Positions 59,599 through 64,000 of a stretch of DNA of 64,000 nucleotides are shown here, one piece after another. The notes under the pieces are model-generated. The model did no database searches. It saw only the letters and a program-made list of their open reading frames with translations, and was not told the origin of the DNA. The DNA is from an uncultured cyanobacterium (GTDB taxonomy: Bacteria; Cyanobacteriota; Cyanobacteriia; PCC-6307; Cyanobiaceae). Position 1 is the first letter of the stretch. Each line of letters begins with the position of its first letter. The translations under genes were made by a program, and so were the position numbers. The stretch spans positions 352,001-416,000 of the forward strand of contig CAVXWZ010000011.1 in the NCBI GenBank assembly GCA_963765575.1. Direction: 5' to 3'.

Positions 59599-60984
59599 AT
59601 GACGGCCGGCTCACCCAGCCCCCCACCCAGCTCCTCAGCGAGCCCCCCGCCCCGGTCCCTGCCCGGCACCGGCGCCGCCAGCGGCATCCTCGAAACCTTC
59701 GCCTTCTTCCGCGATCCCCACTTCGCCCGGCGGCGTTTCGCCCGCCACGGCAACGTGTTCGCCACGCGCCTGCTGGGCCAGCCGCTGGTGTTCATCCGCG
59801 GCCAGCGGGCGATCGCCGATCTGCTCGCCGATGGCGGCAGCGTGCAGGGCTGGTGGCCCGCCAGCGTGCGTGAGCTGCTCGGCAGCCGCTCGCTGGCCAA
59901 CCGCAACGGGGCCGACCACCGGGCCCGGCGCCGGGTCGTGGGGCAGCTGTTCGCCCCCGCCGCCCTGCGCCGCTACAGCCCGGCGATTGTGGATCTGGTG
60001 GACGAGCTGGTTGCCGAGCTGGCCGCCAGCCGCGAGCCGCTGGCCCTGGCCGCCCGCCTGCGGCGCTTCGCCTTCACGGTGATCGCCACCGTGGTCCTGG
60101 GCCTGGAGGGGGCCGACCGGGAGGCCCTGTTCAGCGATTTCGAGATCTGGACCCGGGGCCTGTTCTCCTTCCCCCTGGCGCTCCCCGGCAGCCCTTTCGC
60201 CCGCGCCCTGGCGGCCCGCGGCCGGCTGCTGGAGCGGCTGGGGGTGGTGCTGGAGCGTGCCCAGACCCAGGCGGCAGCTGGCGAGGGCCTGGCCGCCGGG
60301 GGGCTGGATCTGCTGGCGGGCGGGCTCGATGAGGCCGGTCTGCCCCTCGCCGATGACGACGTGGTGGAGCAACTGCTGTTGCTGCTGTTCGCCGGCTACG
60401 AAACCACGGCCTCCTCTCTCAGCTGTCTGCTGCTGGCCCTGCTGCAGCACCCCGAGGTGGGGTCCTGGCTGGGCCAGGAGCTCGCCGGTCTGCCCTGGCC
60501 GCCGGCGGCGGAGCAGGCCTCCAGTGCCTACGACCCCACCCGGGCGCCGCGCCTCGATGCGGTGGTGCAGGAGGTGATGCGCCTCACGCCCCCGGTGGGT
60601 GGCTTCTTCCGCCGCACCACCGCACCGCTGCTGCTCGATGGGGTGCCGGTGCCCGCCGGCTCGGTGGTGCAGGTGGCCCTGGCGGCCCACAACCGCCATG
60701 CCGAAGCGGCCGCGGATGATCTGGAAATCTTCCGGCCCCGGCGCCACCTCGACGGCGGCTGCCCGCTCGCCCTGCTGCCCTTCGGCGGTGGCGAGCGGGT
60801 GTGTCTGGGCAAGGCCCTGGCGGAGCTGGAGATCCGGCTGCTGGCGGTGGGGCTGCTGCAGCGGCTGCAGCTGGAGCTGGTGCCCGGTCAGAACCTGGAG
60901 CTGCAGGTGATCCCCAGCCCCACCCCCCGCGATGGCCTGCTGGTGCGCACCAGGATGGGTTCTCTTGATCCCGACGGGCGATGA
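59599..60984 (+). CDS. Cytochrome P450 (CYP120-like)
   Basis: FAGYETT, EVMR, heme motif FGGGERVCLG. Confidence 0.95.
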   Translation: MTAGSPSPPPSSSASPPPRSLPGTGAASGILETFAFFRDPHFARRRFARHGNVFATRLLGQPLVFIRGQRAIADLLADGGSVQGWWPASVRELLGSRSLANRNGADHRARRRVVGQLFAPAALRRYSPAIVDLVDELVAELAASREPLALAARLRRFAFTVIATVVLGLEGADREALFSDFEIWTRGLFSFPLALPGSPFARALAARGRLLERLGVVLERAQTQAAAGEGLAAGGLDLLAGGLDEAGLPLADDDVVEQLLLLLFAGYETTASSLSCLLLALLQHPEVGSWLGQELAGLPWPPAAEQASSAYDPTRAPRLDAVVQEVMRLTPPVGGFFRRTTAPLLLDGVPVPAGSVVQVALAAHNRHAEAAADDLEIFRPRRHLDGGCPLALLPFGGGERVCLGKALAELEIRLLAVGLLQRLQLELVPGQNLELQVIPSPTPRDGLLVRTRMGSLDPDGR

Positions 60985-61664
60985 CGCAGACGGTGGTGCC
61001 GCGGCAGGACGTGCTCAGTGCGGCCGAGCGCTTCAAGCTCGACGGCGACGACGACGCCCTCTTCTATGCCGAGCCGCGCTTCGTGCAGCACCTTGATGCC
61101 GCCTTCCGGGCCCGGCTCCAGGCGCTCTACCGCGAGCGCATCCCGCCCTGCGCGGTGGTGCTGGATCTGATGAGCAGCTGGGTGAGCCACCTGCCCGAGG
61201 ACGTGAGCTACGAGGAGGTGATCGGCCATGGCCTCAATGAACAGGAGCTGCGGGCGAATCCGCGCCTCGATCGCCACTGGCGGCAAAACCTCAACACCGA
61301 CCAACGCCTGCCTCTGGACGATGCCAGCGTCGATGCGGTGCTGATCGTGGCCGGCTGGCAGTACCTGCAGTATCCCGAGGCGGTGGCGGAAGAGCTGCTG
61401 CGGGTTGTGCGGCCCAAAGGGCAGGTGATCGTGGCCTTCTCCAACCGCATGTTTTTCCAGAAGGCGCCACAGATCTGGACCGACGGCGGCGATCGCGATC
61501 ACCTGGCCACGGTGGCGCGGGTGCTGATGGCCCAGGGCTGGCCGCGGCCGGAGCTGATTGCCGAGGACACCCCCGCGGCTGGTCCGCTGGGCTGGATCGG
61601 CGCCAAGGGCGATCCCTTCTTCGCCGTCATCGCCGCCCGTGGGGCGGTGGCCGCGGCGGGCTGA
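60981..61664 (+). CDS. Class I SAM-dependent methyltransferase
   Basis: FYAEPRFVQHLD, LDLMSSWVSH, FSNRMFFQKA. Confidence 0.88.
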   Translation: MTQTVVPRQDVLSAAERFKLDGDDDALFYAEPRFVQHLDAAFRARLQALYRERIPPCAVVLDLMSSWVSHLPEDVSYEEVIGHGLNEQELRANPRLDRHWRQNLNTDQRLPLDDASVDAVLIVAGWQYLQYPEAVAEELLRVVRPKGQVIVAFSNRMFFQKAPQIWTDGGDRDHLATVARVLMAQGWPRPELIAEDTPAAGPLGWIGAKGDPFFAVIAARGAVAAAG

Positions 61665-61708
61665 ATCCGCTGCTCTCGCTAGCGTCAGCGAACAAACTGT
61701 CCTCCGGC

Positions 61709-63232
61709 ATGCGCATCCCTGGCCCTTCCCTGAGCCTGCTCGCGATGGGCTTGCTCGGCGGCAGCCTGCTCACGGCGGGGCCGGCCAGGGCGATCGAGGA
61801 GGTGGTGATCGAGTTTCCCCAGCTCGAGCTCGAGGTGATCGTGCGCGTGCCGGAGCTGGAGAATCCCGCCCTGCTGCGGCAAGGCACCAGCGATCTCGCC
61901 GAACTCGACCGCGCCAGTGGCGGTGCCCTGGGCCCGAAGCTGAGCGAGTTGTTCAACCAACCGGTGCCGGTGGGGCTGGTGAACATCGCCGAGGGGTCGG
62001 TGGGCTCGCCGCTGCTGGACCAGGCGTTGCTGGTGCTCTCCAGCCTGGGCACGGTGGAGGGATCGGATCAGGTGTTCACCGGGGACGACCTGCAGGCGGC
62101 GCTGAAGGCTGGCACCGCCGGTGCTGACCCCACGTTGTTGTCGTTGATCAAGGCCATTCCCGGCGAGCGGGTGCGGCTGAATCTGGGGCGGATCCGCGAG
62201 GTGACCGAGAGCATGCTGCGCCAGCGCCGCATGAGCGAGGCGCTGATCGCGGCGGTGCCCCCGGCGCCGGTGGCTGCGGTGCCTCCGGCGCCGGCGGCTG
62301 TGAACCGCATCGAGCTGCAGCTTCCCGTGGCGCATCGCCCCGAGCCCCTCGATGTGGTGGTGCTGCGACCGGCCGAGGGCGGCAACGGCCGGCTGGTGTT
62401 GATCTCCCATGGCCTCTGGGACTCGCCGCTCTCCTTCGAGGGCTGGGGTCGGCGCCTGGCGGCCGCTGGCTACACGGTGGCGCTGCCCCGGCACCCCGGC
62501 AGTGACCAGCAGCAGCAGCGGGAGGTGCTCAGTGGAAAGCTGCCGCCGCCCACGCCCGAGGAACTGGTGTTGCGGCCCAAGGACCTCAGCGCGGTGATCG
62601 ATGGGGCCGGCGCCGGTGGGCTGGGTGCCGGCCGACTCGACAGCGAGCAGGTGGTGGTGATCGGCCATTCCTGGGGTGCCACCACGGCGCTGCAGATGGC
62701 CGGTACGCCCACCACCGACACCAACCTGCGGGAACGCTGCTTCGACCTCAGGGATCCCGACCGCAACCTCAGCTGGACGCTGCAGTGCAGCTGGCTGGAT
62801 GCGGCCGATGCGGGGGCTCTGGGCGATCGCCGTGTGATCGCCGCGGTGGCGGTGAGCCCACCCCTGGCGCTGGTGTTCCCAAGCGGCTCGGGCGAAAAGC
62901 TGCATGCCCGCATGCTGGTGGTGAGCGGCAGCCGCGACTGGGTGGTGCCGCCCGATCCGGAGGCCTTGACGCCGATTTCACGGGGTGGTGCCACCCGCGT
63001 GGGCCATCGCCTGGTGCTGGCCCAGGGCGGCGACCACTTCAACCTGCGGCCCGGTGAGAGCGCCGATGGCGGCGTGCTCGGCGGCGTCATGCTCTCCTGG
63101 ACCGAGGGGGCCTTCGCCGCCGGCGAGCGGGCCAGGCCCGCAGCCGGAGCCGCCTCCCTGTTCAGCACCGCGGACTGGGGCCATGCCCTGATTCCGCTGG
63201 TCGATGTGAGCGAGAGCCTGCAGGCTGAGTGA
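61709..63232 (+). CDS. Secreted alpha/beta hydrolase with N-terminal DUF1400-like domain
   Basis: Signal peptide, ISHGLW, HPGSD, GHSWGA nucleophile elbow, GGDHF. Confidence 0.85.
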   Translation: MRIPGPSLSLLAMGLLGGSLLTAGPARAIEEVVIEFPQLELEVIVRVPELENPALLRQGTSDLAELDRASGGALGPKLSELFNQPVPVGLVNIAEGSVGSPLLDQALLVLSSLGTVEGSDQVFTGDDLQAALKAGTAGADPTLLSLIKAIPGERVRLNLGRIREVTESMLRQRRMSEALIAAVPPAPVAAVPPAPAAVNRIELQLPVAHRPEPLDVVVLRPAEGGNGRLVLISHGLWDSPLSFEGWGRRLAAAGYTVALPRHPGSDQQQQREVLSGKLPPPTPEELVLRPKDLSAVIDGAGAGGLGAGRLDSEQVVVIGHSWGATTALQMAGTPTTDTNLRERCFDLRDPDRNLSWTLQCSWLDAADAGALGDRRVIAAVAVSPPLALVFPSGSGEKLHARMLVVSGSRDWVVPPDPEALTPISRGGATRVGHRLVLAQGGDHFNLRPGESADGGVLGGVMLSWTEGAFAAGERARPAAGAASLFSTADWGHALIPLVDVSESLQAE

Positions 63233-63239
63233 GCGGCAG

Positions 63240-63740
63240 TCAGGTTTCGCGCAGCCGCGGCAGCAGCTGGGCCAGGTTGCAGGGCCTGGTGGTGGGATCA
63301 AGCTGTGGAGCGATGATCCGCTCCCAGGCTGTGGTCACCGCGTCCAGGGAACCGGGCAGCACGTAGATCACCGTGCCATTGGCCACCCCCGCCAGGGCGC
63401 GGCTCTGCAGAGCACTGGTGCCGACTGTCTCGTAGGAGAGCATGCGGAAGAGCTCACCGAACCCCTCGATCGTCTTGTCGAGCAGGGGTGCCACCGCCTC
63501 CGGTGTGCCGTCCCGGCCCGTCAGGCCCGTGCCGCCGGTGGTGAGCACCACGGCGAAGCGGTCGTCGGCGATCCAGTGGCTCAGCCGGGCGCGGATGGCG
63601 TAGCGGTTGTCGGGGACATGGGCACGCTCCAGCAGCTGGTGGCCCGCCCCCTCCAGGCAGCGCTGCAGGGCATCACCGGAGGGATCGTCATCCTGTCCGC
63701 GGCTGTCGGACACGGTGAGCAGCGCAAGCGGCAGACCCAT
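63240..63740 (-). CDS. moaB: Molybdenum cofactor biosynthesis protein B
   Basis: LTVSD, TTGGTG...DGTPEA, GFGELFR, SRA, LPGS. Confidence 0.93.
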   Translation of the reverse strand: MGLPLALLTVSDSRGQDDDPSGDALQRCLEGAGHQLLERAHVPDNRYAIRARLSHWIADDRFAVVLTTGGTGLTGRDGTPEAVAPLLDKTIEGFGELFRMLSYETVGTSALQSRALAGVANGTVIYVLPGSLDAVTTAWERIIAPQLDPTTRPCNLAQLLPRLRET

Positions 63741-63929
63741 GGAATGGCCCCGGCGGATGCCACCGAAGTTAGGCAGGCCCGCTCCTGGCGTACGGCAGTG
63801 CCGCTGCGGAATCACCGGTCGATCTGGGTAGGGTTCGTCGATCAACCCATGGCTTGTCCGCGGGTGCGATCGATGCCCTCGCCACGTTCTGTGACCGCTC
63901 CCCTAGGCGCTGAAGCTGACCCGGCAGCG

Positions 63930-64000
63930 GTGATCACGGTCCTGCTGTTCGGGCCGTTGCGCGAGGCCGCCGGCTGGGACTGCCGCCACCTGGCCCCCGG
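63930..64000 (+). CDS. moaD: MoaD/ThiS-like protein, 5' fragment
   Basis: (V)ITVLLFGPLREAAGW; divergent from moaB; truncated by the window edge. Confidence 0.65.
   Translation, partial: MITVLLFGPLREAAGWDCRHLAP

Overview
High-GC picocyanobacterial (Cyanobium/Synechococcus-like) chromosome segment. It opens with the 3' end of an rRNA operon (16S end, tRNA-Ile, tRNA-Ala, 23S, 5S). Core genes follow: mtnC/mtnB, mutM, psaE, recQ, a LysM protein, an aldehyde dehydrogenase, tRNA-Thr/Tyr, aroQ, miaE, mtnD, cobI, dusB, engA-ecfT-pipX-pipY-sepF-proC, plsY, mlaE, an MFS transporter, tRNA-Gly, glgX, HU and gluQ. From about 32.7 to 57.9 kb lies a fermentation/hydrogen cluster: an acetate-CoA ligase/GNAT fusion with a convergent deacetylase, hoxEFUYH, hoxW, hypABFC, PFOR (nifJ), a DHOD-like flavoprotein, hypD and hypE. 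The main hidden feature is a roughly 3.9 kb insert between hoxH and hoxW. It carries three recognisable integron attC sites (two canonical, one long) plus a degenerate fourth, and no integrase (a CALIN). The attC sites delimit two HicAB toxin-antitoxin cassettes in opposite gene order and a membrane-protein cassette, followed by a SelO AMPylase. About a dozen single-base frameshifts in otherwise intact genes suggest an unpolished assembly.
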